From an uncultured Acidobacteriota bacterium (GTDB taxonomy: Bacteria; Acidobacteriota; Terriglobia; UBA7540): a stretch of DNA of 24,000 nt. Both the position numbers and the translations under genes were made by a program. The stretch covers positions 1,023 through 25,022 of the forward strand of contig CALCEB010000207.1 of the NCBI GenBank assembly GCA_937900045.1, given 5' to 3'. The notes below the pieces were generated by a model, which searched no databases, was not told the DNA's origin, and saw only the letters and a list, made by a program, of their open reading frames with translations. Below are positions 10,499 through 21,049 of the stretch, in pieces (position 1 is the stretch's first letter; each line of letters begins with the position of its first letter).

Positions 10499-10839
10499 TT
10501 CGACTCCTATCTCCTGCGCAGCCTGGTTCGATTGCCGTTACGCTGCGAGGCCGCCCGCCGCCGTGCGTGCTTGCGCCTTAAGCTGCTCCAGGCGGGGCCG
10601 AAGGATCAGCGTGAAGCGCCGCTCGGCTGCTGAAACGGCAAGCAGATCGTCCATCCTGGCCACGCACATCATCGGCTGATCCCTGTTCACCGACCAGTTC
10701 GCTTCCGGATGGCTGGCGCGAGCGCCGTCGCGCCTCCGTTCACTTCCACCCTCGTCTGCTCGAACTCTCGCCCATTGCCGCTTAGCGGCCCGCCCCTGGG
10801 TTTCCTCGTTGGGGGTCTCACCACCCGCCGCCGAGTCCG

Positions 10840-11328
10840 TTAGCTGCGCTCCTTTCGAAGGAGAAGCCGGAAGACAAGAAAATGAGTCACGAGCAGGGAC
10901 GGCACAATTGCCGTCGGGAGGTAGAACGCAGCTCCGAGAGTCCCAGGTTGAATCTGAGCATGCGGCCCCGAGTAAAACGCAAATAACAGATCAGCCGCGC
11001 CCCAAATGTTGAATACCCATACGGCCGCAATGGCCCAGGATGCGCGTTTCGCCAAGGCTATGGTCGCTGCGATGGCTAAGATCCCCGCGACGAAATCGCC
11101 GTACGCGGCGGGAGCCGCGAACGCCGCTGGCAACGCGGGCGAGACCACGCCAGGAACCAGAAAACTCAGTCCGAGGAACCGAATAAACATGTGGGGAGCC
11201 ACCAACGAAACCAGGGCCTGATCTCGAGCCCTGGCCCGAAGCCATGGCCATACGTAGAGCTTGGCAATGACCGAACAACTCACAAAGCTCATAAGCGCAC
11301 TGAACGCAAATATTACGCGGACATCCAT
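10840..11328 (-). CDS. Hypothetical integral membrane protein (about 4-5 TM helices), 162 aa
   Basis: Long hydrophobic segments (VIFAFSALMSFVSCSVIA, FLGLSFLVPGVV, FVAGILAIAATIALA, WAIAAVWVFNIWGAADLLFAF, LPTAIVPSLLVTHFLVF). It is co-oriented and tightly spaced with its neighbours. I recognise no family. Confidence 0.6.
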   Translation of the reverse strand: MDVRVIFAFSALMSFVSCSVIAKLYVWPWLRARARDQALVSLVAPHMFIRFLGLSFLVPGVVSPALPAAFAAPAAYGDFVAGILAIAATIALAKRASWAIAAVWVFNIWGAADLLFAFYSGPHAQIQPGTLGAAFYLPTAIVPSLLVTHFLVFRLLLRKERS

Positions 11329-11405
11329 AAATCGCCTCCTCGAGCCGCGCCACCACCAGCCGGGGCGGCTCTCCTCTTTTGGTAAAGCTCTTACCGCACC
11401 GGACC

Positions 11406-11750
11406 CTAAGCCGCCCCGCGCGTTTGCGCGTTCAATCGCTCCAGTCTGGGCCGAAGGATCTCTGCGCGCCCCTCAAAGGTAGTGAGTGGAGTCACGTCGG
11501 TTTCCGTTCGGGGCCATATAGGCAGGCTTGTAATCAAAGCATCAACTTCTCGTGCTGACTCACCCTCTACGATGAGCACAAGCCCAATCGTCCCGGTCAC
11601 GGCCCCGCCCGCGAGAATCTTTTTCTCGTCTTGCAGCTTCTTGCATAGCTCCAGCGTGGGGAAAATGTACTGCTCGATAAAAGCTGCACCCTCTTCGGGG
11701 GTGGTTGGACGACCAGGAGCGACCAATTTCATTTGGACTAGATATTGCAT
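11406..11750 (-). CDS. Muconolactone delta-isomerase-like small protein (ferredoxin-like fold), about 114 aa
   Basis: MQYLVQMKL...EGESAREVDALITSLPIWPRTETDVTPL resembles the MIase pattern (..LPLFPY..I.V.PL). An AAGGAG RBS lies 7 nt upstream of the ATG at 11750. The longest ORF (to 11795) has no RBS. Confidence 0.6.
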   Translation of the reverse strand: MQYLVQMKLVAPGRPTTPEEGAAFIEQYIFPTLELCKKLQDEKKILAGGAVTGTIGLVLIVEGESAREVDALITSLPIWPRTETDVTPLTTFEGRAEILRPRLERLNAQTRGAA

Positions 11751-11820
11751 TTGTTGTGCTCCTTTTCTTGAGATCATTTCTCGTTTCGAACACAAAAGAC
11801 TGATTCCCGGTGCCCTTTTC

Positions 11821-13170
11821 TTATGACGGGAAGCAGCGGTTAAATGCGAGCAAGAGCCGAGGCGAGCCGTGAATCCGAATTTTCCGCCGCAGGACGGCCC
11901 ACAAGAGATTTGCGTCTTTCGACAGAAATCGAATCCAGGTCCGACTGTCTACCATGAGGTGAAGGTCAGGCTTGCCTTCGTGCCCATCCGTGACGCGCAC
12001 GGTTTGGTCACGGATCACGACGGTGGCCTTCCGCTCTTCCTCGCCGGTAAAGGTGAAGTGGTAGGTGACGTTTAACCCTTTCGCTTGCCCACGCTGGAAA
12101 GCGATTGGCAAGCCTCCCAAGAATCTTTGAACCGACTGCATGCGAAGCCCGTTGCCCACCCGCTTGCTCTTCTTGTGAGGAAAGCGGCGAGCTACATGCA
12201 CTTCGGCATCCGAGCCCGGAACCACGTAGACGATCTCATCCTTGTCCTGCAAGGGCTTCACGACCTGCTGGAGAAACCCTGGCCGGCCGGTCAGAAACGG
12301 GCCGATCACGTCCTCGCCGGCAGGGCAGACCGCCACGCAGTAAGCTGCCTTGTAGTTTGCTCCAAACGACAGGCTTTGCCACATCGAGGCGCTTTCTGAG
12401 TCGCTCACCCTCCGCCGGTAGTCGCGTGAATTCCTGCTGTCGGCGATCTTCTCCACCCAGTCCGTGAACCCGCCCATGAATTCCCGGTAGTTATGGGTGT
12501 AGCAAGCCGAAAAATCGAAATGCCCATCGGCCGAAATCGCGCCTGTGGGGCAGGCCGCGACGCAGAGCTTGCATTCCAGGCAGGGGTTGTAGGCAATGGG
12601 ATGGTTGTACTCAGTTACCGGCGCATCCAGCAGGATCGTTCCGAGCAGCACGAAGCTTCCGAACTTGGGATGGATGACGTTGCGATGGATCCCCATTTGC
12701 CCCAGTCCTGCAGCCACCGCAACCGGCTTGTGTGAAACCGTCCACATTCTGCCCGGAAACCGGCTCATCTCCATGGGAAAGCCTGCCGTGGGGTTCACAC
12801 CCTTGATCCCCTTGTCCTCCAGGGCCGCGACAATCCGGGCGGCCACATCGTTTACTTCGTCCGTCACGCGATGGAATTCAACGTTGGCCACGGAGCGCGC
12901 CACACTCCGAATAGGCTCGCGGTTCATCCGGCAGACGATACTTACCAATGTCTTGGTGTCTGGAAGAAGGGCCCGGATATCCGCATGCTGAGAAGCCAGT
13001 TCGGCGCGGCCGATCTCGACGAACCCAACGTCGTCCGCCCCAGCGTCGAGACAGAGTTGTCGCAGCCAGGACGCGTCGAGCGGGGCGGAATTCGCTGCGG
13101 GCGGCGGATTCGTGGCAGCCTTTTGCCAGAAGTCCTTCACCGTCGGATGTTCGTCGAGCTGGATAGCCAT
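11821..13170 (-). CDS. Epoxyqueuosine-reductase / reductive-dehalogenase-like 4Fe-4S protein fused to a C-terminal SCP2 (sterol carrier) domain
   Basis: HKPVAVAAGLGQMGIHRNVIHPKFGSFVLLGTILLD followed by CLECKLCVAACPTGAI and YCVAVCPAG (two ferredoxin-type cluster motifs). The C-terminal roughly 100 aa (LNVTYHFTFTGEE...VTDGHEGKPDLHLMVDSRTWIRFL...IRIHGSPRLLLAF) look like SCP2. The start is set at ATG 13170 (GAGAGG RBS), because the longest-ORF ATG at 13203 lies inside an operator-like palindrome. Confidence 0.75.
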   Translation of the reverse strand: MAIQLDEHPTVKDFWQKAATNPPPAANSAPLDASWLRQLCLDAGADDVGFVEIGRAELASQHADIRALLPDTKTLVSIVCRMNREPIRSVARSVANVEFHRVTDEVNDVAARIVAALEDKGIKGVNPTAGFPMEMSRFPGRMWTVSHKPVAVAAGLGQMGIHRNVIHPKFGSFVLLGTILLDAPVTEYNHPIAYNPCLECKLCVAACPTGAISADGHFDFSACYTHNYREFMGGFTDWVEKIADSRNSRDYRRRVSDSESASMWQSLSFGANYKAAYCVAVCPAGEDVIGPFLTGRPGFLQQVVKPLQDKDEIVYVVPGSDAEVHVARRFPHKKSKRVGNGLRMQSVQRFLGGLPIAFQRGQAKGLNVTYHFTFTGEEERKATVVIRDQTVRVTDGHEGKPDLHLMVDSRTWIRFLSKDANLLWAVLRRKIRIHGSPRLLLAFNRCFPS

Positions 13171-13190
13171 CGGAAAACCTCTCTCACTTA

Positions 13191-13211
13191 GATGTAGATA
13201 CATCTATTAGG
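13191..13211. promoter_or_regulatory. Operator-like 21-bp box, copy A, containing the palindrome TAGATGTA-GA-TACATCTA (13189-13206)
   Basis: GATGTAGATACATCTATTAGG matches copy B at 18 of 21 positions. It lies in the 53-bp spacer between marR and the downstream 4Fe-4S gene. Confidence 0.55.
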
Positions 13212-13223
13212 ATTCAAAAAAAA

Positions 13224-13706
13224 TCAAGCCTTCTTTGCCGCTTCCATCATCTGCAGCAGGCCGGCCTGCGCGATCTCCCACTTTGAATCGCCGAGCGCGT
13301 TCCTCAGGCGTCGCTGGGCGCGCTCCCAGTGTGGCCGGGCTTGATCAATCTCCCTGTGTCCTGCGGGAGTTAATTGAAGATGCCGCTCGCGCCGGTCCTC
13401 GCCGGGAAGACTCCGCACCCATCCCTTTCCCACCAACAGCCTCAAAGTACGGGTCAACGTCGTGCTGTCCATAGCAAGCAGATCACCCAGATGACCCTGC
13501 GTGATTCTGCCCGCGCCCGCCAGAACCTGCAGCAAGGTGAACTGCGTAGCGCGCAAGCCCGCCACTCGCAGCTCCTGGTCATAGAGCTGCGTCACGGCGC
13601 GAGTCGCCCGGCGCAAGTTGGCGCAGGCACAGGGCAGCTGAATCGAGAGTGCCGGTTCGGAAGCTCTTCCGCGCATTCGTTGCGCATCCATAATATGTAT
13701 ATACAT
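13224..13706 (-). CDS. MarR-family transcriptional regulator
   Basis: Winged-helix region LRATQFTLLQVLAGAGRITQGHLGDLLAMDSTTLTRTLRLLVGKGWV...DRRERHLQLTPAG. The true start is probably ATG 13691 or 13676, because the first ATG (13706) is part of the palindromic box. Confidence 0.9.
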   Translation of the reverse strand: MYIHIMDAQRMRGRASEPALSIQLPCACANLRRATRAVTQLYDQELRVAGLRATQFTLLQVLAGAGRITQGHLGDLLAMDSTTLTRTLRLLVGKGWVRSLPGEDRRERHLQLTPAGHREIDQARPHWERAQRRLRNALGDSKWEIAQAGLLQMMEAAKKA

Positions 13707-13714
13707 CCATTAGG
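13694..13714. promoter_or_regulatory. Operator-like 21-bp box, copy B, containing the palindrome ATGTAT-ATACAT (13695-13706)
   Basis: TATGTATATACATCCATTAGG sits at the 5' end of marR, in the same orientation as copy A. Confidence 0.55.
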
Positions 13715-13896
13715 CCACGTTGTCAAGCCCATAAAGACGGCAAAATCCGAATGTCTCCCCAGGACAGCTTGCGGACTCGGCCTTAACGTGAAGGAACGAT
13801 AAAGTGGCACTGCAGATTTGGAAGGAAACGGCCGGCTGGCGCAGAGCGCATCTCTGCGCTTCGGCATCGATTGCCGTCCTTCAGGGACCTCCGTGA

Positions 13897-14749
13897 GTGA
13901 TGTTGCTTACACCCACCGTGAATGTTGCCACCCAATTCCGGGACGGACTCAGGCAGCGCCCTTTGGCGGAGCCAAGCGGTCTAAAACTCGGGGCGAATGG
14001 CAAGCCCAATGGCAGCGCAGCCTGCGGCGGATCAGCGGAGAGTGGTCGGCACATCGCGGCGCGTATCATCACCGCCCGCGCGCGAGGTTGAAACCCGTCA
14101 CGCGCAGTTTCGCTATATCCATCGACCGGTGCGGACGTTTCTGGGGGCCGGAGACCCGGTGATCTCGGTGGACACCAAGAAGAAAGAGTTAGTCGGAGCC
14201 TTCAAAAATGCAGGCCGGAGGTGGCGCCGGAAAGGGAAAGCGCAGCAGGTCTCGGTGCACGATTCCCCGCACGGGGGGAAGGGCCAGGCGATTCCCGATG
14301 GAGCCTACGATATCGCACGGGACCCAGCCGTGGTGAATGTGGGGATTACCCACGACACGGCGGAGTCTGCGGTGGAGAGTATGCGGCGGTGGTGGCGACG
14401 GGACGGCCAGAAGAACTCTCGGCAGGTTCAAGGATTGCTGATTTGTGCGGACAGCGGCGGGAGCAATGGGAACCGGCAACGGGCCTGGAAGACCCCTCGG
14501 CAACAACTCTGTGATGAAAATAGGATGCCGATCACCGGGTGCCACTATCCGCTAGGGACGAGCCCGTGGAATCAGATCGAACCCCGCTTGTTCTCCTTTA
14601 TCAGCCTGAACTGGAGAGGCAGACCCCTTGTCAACTACGAAACGGGGGTTCCGATTTCCAAGGAGGAATTCGATCCGGTGCGGATACAAAGGCATCGCGT
14701 TCATCCTGACTGGAACTATACGCTCCTGCCCCACACCGGTGGGGCATAA
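13897..14749 (+). pseudogene. ISAzo13-family transposase, degraded (N-terminus missing, frameshifts, internal deletion)
   Basis: HAQFRYIHRPVRTFLGAGDPVISVDTKKKELVGAFKNAGRRW, ITHDTAESAVESMRRWW, LLICADSGGSNGNR, PLGTSPWNQIEPRLFSFISLNWRGRPL and IQRHRVHPDWNYTLLP match the remembered ISAzo13 transposase consensus. Upstream homologous residues (LKLGANGKPNGS) sit in another frame. About 40 residues seem to be missing after NYETGV. Confidence 0.75.
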
Positions 14750-14826
14750 AACAAGAATTGTACACTTTATTGTTTAGCAACCACTTAGATGCCATATGAT
14801 TCAATTGGAAAATTGGAAAGCGTTCG

Positions 14827-14855
14827 TTGACAGTCCATCAACGCCATGCTAGCCT
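14827..14855 (+). promoter_or_regulatory. Candidate sigma-70-type promoter for metK-ahcY
   Basis: TTGACA (14827-14832), a 17-nt spacer, then TAGCCT (14850-14855). It is preceded by the tandem ATTGGAAA ATTGGAAA (14804-14819). Sequence match only. Confidence 0.3.
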
Positions 14856-14902
14856 GAATATTTGTGTCTGAGCTTTACAACCAACATGCAGGGAGGCAGC
14901 CA

Positions 14903-17361
<2,459 letters not shown>

Positions 17362-17557
17362 AAATAGGTGGTCAGCCCTCAGCGTTCAGCTTCCATCGGC
17401 TTGTTCATCTTAGGGGCTTCTTTTGAGCACATGGGGGACGGTTTTATCAGAATGCTCAAAGAGAACCCGGTGCTTATCGCTTCCGTATTGCGCCCCGTAT
17501 GGCTGAATGCTGACGGCGTCTTGGATGGTTCGATTTTACCGTTCTTCTTGTGATCCC

Positions 17558-19015
17558 ATGAAAGAAATTGCTCAAAGCGCGTTGGAAACGGCGCGAGTCC
17601 GGGGCGCGACTTACGCGGACGCGCGCGTCATGGACATCCGCCAGCGTTTCATCTCTACCAAGAACGGCCAAGCCGCGCAAGTGCGGGAATCGCAGTCGGT
17701 AGGGCTTGGCATCCGGGTGATTGCGGAGGGCGCTTGGGGGTTTGCTTCCACAGAAGACTTGACTCGCGCCTCGGCGGACGCCGCGGCCGCAAAGGCGGTG
17801 GAGATTGCGAAGGCCAGCGCTCTTTGCAAGAAGCATGACGTGAACCTGGCCCCCGAACAGAGGGTGGTTGACCAATGGCAAGGCCCTTGCCGCATCGATC
17901 CGTTTTCCGTGCCGGTTTCAACCTGCCTGGACCTCATGCTGAAGGTGGATGCGGAGCTATGCCGCGTCGAAGGGGTCACGCTGGCCGAATGCGCCATGGA
18001 TTTCCGCCACATCGACCAGCTTTTCATCTCCAGCATGGGTTCGGAAATCCGGCAGGTGAAGACGCAGACGGGCGCGGGATATTCGGCGACATCGTTTGCC
18101 GGGAATGAAATTCAGCGCCGTTCTTTTCCTAATTCCTTCGGGGGGCAATATCAAACCAGGGGCTACGAGCTGATTGAGGAATTGGATCTGGTGGGGAACG
18201 CCCCGCGCATCGCCGAAGAAGCGGCGGCGCTCCACGCCTGCGACCAGTGTCCGGCGGGAGTGATGGACATTATCCTGGGCGGTTCCCAATTGGGCCTGCA
18301 GATTCACGAATCGGTCGGGCATCCGATCGAACTGGACCGCGTGCTGGGTGATGAGGCCAATTACGCGGGTATGAGCTTCCTGACGCTCGAAAAACTCAAC
18401 CTGTTGCAATACGCTTCGGAGATTGTGAACGTCGTAGCCGACGCCACCGTCAGCCACGGGCCAGGCCTTGGGACTTTTGCCTACGATGACGAGGGAGTTC
18501 CCGCGCAGTGTACCCCCGTCATCAAGGACGGGCGCTTCGTGGGTTACCTGAGCTCGCGGGAATCCGCCGCATCCATAGGCCAGCCACGGTCGAGCGGCGC
18601 CATGCGGGCCGAATGTTGGAACCGCATTCCGCTGATCCGTATGACCAACGTCAGTCTGCTGCCTGGCAACTGGCGCCTGGAAGACTTGATTGCGGATACC
18701 CAGGAAGCCATCTTCATGGAGACGAACCGGAGCTGGTCGATCGACGACCGGCGCTATAACTTCCAGTTTGGGACTGAGGTGGGCTGGGAAATCAAGAATG
18801 GCAAGAAGACGCGGATGCTCAAGAACCCTAGCTACGGCGGCATTACCACGGAGTTCTGGAATTCGTGCGACGCCATCTGCGGACCCGGGGAATGGACGCT
18901 GTGGGGTACACCGAACTGCGGCAAGGGCCAACCCATGCAGACCATGGGCACGGGCCACGGAGCGGCCCCGGCGCGCTTCCGGACCGTGCAGGTGGGCGTG
19001 GCGTACCAACAATAA
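17558..19015 (+). CDS. tldD: TldD-type metallopeptidase (TldD/PmbA family, catalytic subunit)
   Basis: HESVGHPIELD (HExxxH) motif, plus GGSQLG, YDDEGVP, NCGKGQP and a size of about 485 aa. The start is set at ATG 17558 (MKEIAQSALE...). Confidence 0.9.
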   Translation: MKEIAQSALETARVRGATYADARVMDIRQRFISTKNGQAAQVRESQSVGLGIRVIAEGAWGFASTEDLTRASADAAAAKAVEIAKASALCKKHDVNLAPEQRVVDQWQGPCRIDPFSVPVSTCLDLMLKVDAELCRVEGVTLAECAMDFRHIDQLFISSMGSEIRQVKTQTGAGYSATSFAGNEIQRRSFPNSFGGQYQTRGYELIEELDLVGNAPRIAEEAAALHACDQCPAGVMDIILGGSQLGLQIHESVGHPIELDRVLGDEANYAGMSFLTLEKLNLLQYASEIVNVVADATVSHGPGLGTFAYDDEGVPAQCTPVIKDGRFVGYLSSRESAASIGQPRSSGAMRAECWNRIPLIRMTNVSLLPGNWRLEDLIADTQEAIFMETNRSWSIDDRRYNFQFGTEVGWEIKNGKKTRMLKNPSYGGITTEFWNSCDAICGPGEWTLWGTPNCGKGQPMQTMGTGHGAAPARFRTVQVGVAYQQ

Positions 19016-19067
19016 CGGCCTAATATAACCGTCTGTCCAACCGGCCCAGTAGGATCAAGACCAATCC

Positions 19068-20402
19068 ATGTTAAATCGCAAGCTTGCCGACGAACTTTTT
19101 GAAAAGGCTCTGAAATATTCCACTGCGGATGAGACGGAGGCCCACATCGCCTCCACCTCCTACTCGCTCACTCGCTTCGCCAACAATACGATTCACCAAA
19201 ACATGGCGGAAGAGGACTTGAACCTCTCGGTGCGGGCTGCGGTGGACCACCGCACGGCGCGCGCTACCACCAACCGCCTGGACGATACTTCCATCCGCGA
19301 AGTGTGCGAGGCCGCCCAGGCGCTTGCCCGGCTGCAACGGCCGGATGAGGAGATGCTCCGGATGCCTGGAGGCCAAACCTACCGGTCCGTGGAGCGCTGT
19401 GACCCGGAGACGGCGGAGCTCGGTCCGCGCGCCCGCGCCGAAACCGTGAAGCAGGTGATTGAGCGGGCAGAGAAAGATCAGCTCACGGCGGCGGGGGTCT
19501 TTTCCAGTGGCAAGGTAGCTCAGGCGATTTACAACTCCCGGGGCCTCCGCGCCTTCCATGAGGAATCGGTCTCTGAATTTTCCGTAACCATGCTGTCAGA
19601 TACCGGCTCCGGCTGGGCCAAGAAGACCGGGCAGCGCTATCAGACGCTCGATCCGTTGGGTCTCGCCGGCCGCGCCGCAAGCAAAGCGCTCCGCAGCCGC
19701 GAGCCCAAGGAGATTCAGCCGGGGCGCTACACCGTGATCCTTGAACCCTCGGCGGTGATGGATATGCTGGGCTTCATGCTGCTCGATTTTGGCGGCCTCG
19801 CGGTGCTCGAGCAGAGAAGCTGCCTGACGGGACGTGAGAAGCAGAAAGTGTTCGGGGGGAACATTCAGATTGGCGATGATGTTTATCATCCTTCGCAGAG
19901 CGGCGCCCCGTTCGATGGTGAAGGCATTCCGCGCCATCGGGTGAGACTGGTTGAGAACGGCGTGGTTGAAAACTTGGTCTATGCACGGCATACCGCGCAT
20001 AAGATGGGAAAGGAACCCACCGGCCACGGCTTCCCGCTGCCAAACGAGATGGGTGAAGCGCCGCTGAACATCGTCATGGAGGGTGGCCGCGGCACGGTCG
20101 AGGAGATGATCCGGTCCACTGAACGCGGATTGCTCTTGACCCGCCTTTGGTACATCCGTGAAGTTGATCCTTACCAGAAAATCCTGACCGGCATGACCCG
20201 GGATGGGACGTTCTTCATTGAAAATGGCGAGATTCAGTACGGCGTAAAAAACCTGCGATTCAATCAGAGTTTGATTGAGATGCTGAACCACGTGGAGATG
20301 ATGAGCGCCCCGCAGCGCGCCGCCGGCGAGGAATCGATTGAGATGGTGGTGCCAGCCATGAAGGTGGTGGATTTCAATTTCTCATCGACGACCAAGTTTT
20401 AG
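19068..20402 (+). CDS. pmbA: PmbA/TldE-type TldD partner protein (TldD/PmbA family, no HExxxH)
   Basis: Family-typical layout: N-terminal ...TRFANNTIHQN, then FDGEGIP, GHGF, LLLTRLWY, and a C-terminal VDFNFSSTTKF. It is adjacent to tldD. Confidence 0.85.
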   Translation: MLNRKLADELFEKALKYSTADETEAHIASTSYSLTRFANNTIHQNMAEEDLNLSVRAAVDHRTARATTNRLDDTSIREVCEAAQALARLQRPDEEMLRMPGGQTYRSVERCDPETAELGPRARAETVKQVIERAEKDQLTAAGVFSSGKVAQAIYNSRGLRAFHEESVSEFSVTMLSDTGSGWAKKTGQRYQTLDPLGLAGRAASKALRSREPKEIQPGRYTVILEPSAVMDMLGFMLLDFGGLAVLEQRSCLTGREKQKVFGGNIQIGDDVYHPSQSGAPFDGEGIPRHRVRLVENGVVENLVYARHTAHKMGKEPTGHGFPLPNEMGEAPLNIVMEGGRGTVEEMIRSTERGLLLTRLWYIREVDPYQKILTGMTRDGTFFIENGEIQYGVKNLRFNQSLIEMLNHVEMMSAPQRAAGEESIEMVVPAMKVVDFNFSSTTKF

Positions 20403-20464
20403 GACCAAGCCGGCCCCGTTGACGGCCTTTCACAGGCCATGCTAGAAAGATTGAAGTAGCCAGC

Positions 20465-20502
20465 GGCGCCATCGTCTAGTGGTTGGGACGCGAGATTCTC
20501 AA
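20465..20502 (+). pseudogene. tRNA-Glu 5' half (positions 1-38 only)
   Basis: GGCGCCATCGTCTAGTGGTTGGGACGCGAGATTCTCAA matches the first 38 nt of the intact tRNA-Glu at 21050 at 34 of 38 positions. Homology stops at the 3' edge of the anticodon loop, and no 3' half follows. Confidence 0.8.
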
Positions 20503-20674
20503 GCCCATTATTGCTAAAGGTCGGCAAGATGTTGGAAAATAGCAGAACATGAGCCAAGGGAAGTAAAAGAGATAATGACAAGGTGCTGGAAACAACATTC
20601 GTGTGGTCGCCGGACCAGCAATTTCACCGGCTGCGCCCCCAACGAAGCTTAAAATACGGCAACAACAATTGTAG

Positions 20675-20956
20675 GTGGGGGCAAACAGGCTGATGGACAG
20701 ACTTCGACAGGTTGAAAAGAATCTCGGCGAAATCAGCGAAAACCTGCTGGTGCAAGCGAAGCTGATGGACCGTTTGGAACGGCGCGTTGACGATTTTTAC
20801 CGGGAGACGCAGGAGAGATTCGAAAGAGTCGAGGCGCAGACCGATAATCACGCCGTCGAGCTTCAGGAGTTTCGCGCCACGGTGGCTCGAGTTCTGGATT
20901 TGTTGGAGCGTTTCGTTAGCGGGCGCGGACAAAGCGGAAACGGTAAGCCGGAGTAA
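20675..20956 (+). CDS. Hypothetical small coiled-coil protein (87-93 aa)
   Basis: Heptad-like charged sequence MDRLRQVEKNLGEISENLLVQAKLMDRLERRVDDFYRETQERFERVEAQTDNHAVELQEFRATVARVLDLLERF. The start is either GTG 20675 or ATG 20693. The opposite-strand ORF 20624-21040 looks like its shadow. No family recognised. Confidence 0.45.
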   Translation: MGANRLMDRLRQVEKNLGEISENLLVQAKLMDRLERRVDDFYRETQERFERVEAQTDNHAVELQEFRATVARVLDLLERFVSGRGQSGNGKPE

Positions 20957-21049
20957 TCGAGGCAGCGAGGACATTGAGATCAATCTGGCTCCCGTGGAAC
21001 AGCCCCCAAACAGCCACTCTAAAGGGGTCCGGCGGTTCAAGGTTTCGAC

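Noticed and set aside
17368-17553. 61-aa ORF between ahcY and tldD
   Set aside because: It has no RBS and no recognisable motif. It overlaps the region that must carry the tldD promoter and 5' UTR.
17957-19012. 351-aa ORF antisense to tldD, with similar long antisense ORFs at 860-1633 (alaS), 14849-15514 (metK), 16243-16989 (ahcY) and 19596-20291 (pmbA)
   Set aside because: All lie opposite well-supported conserved genes and have low-complexity Arg/Pro/Gly/Ala-rich translations without recognisable domains. I treat them as frame shadows.
20624-21040. 138-aa minus-strand ORF between the tRNA-Glu copies
   Set aside because: It overlaps the whole plus-strand coiled-coil ORF. Its translation is Leu/Ser/Arg-rich without structure-like periodicity, so I judged it the antisense shadow. 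Neither ORF is proven.
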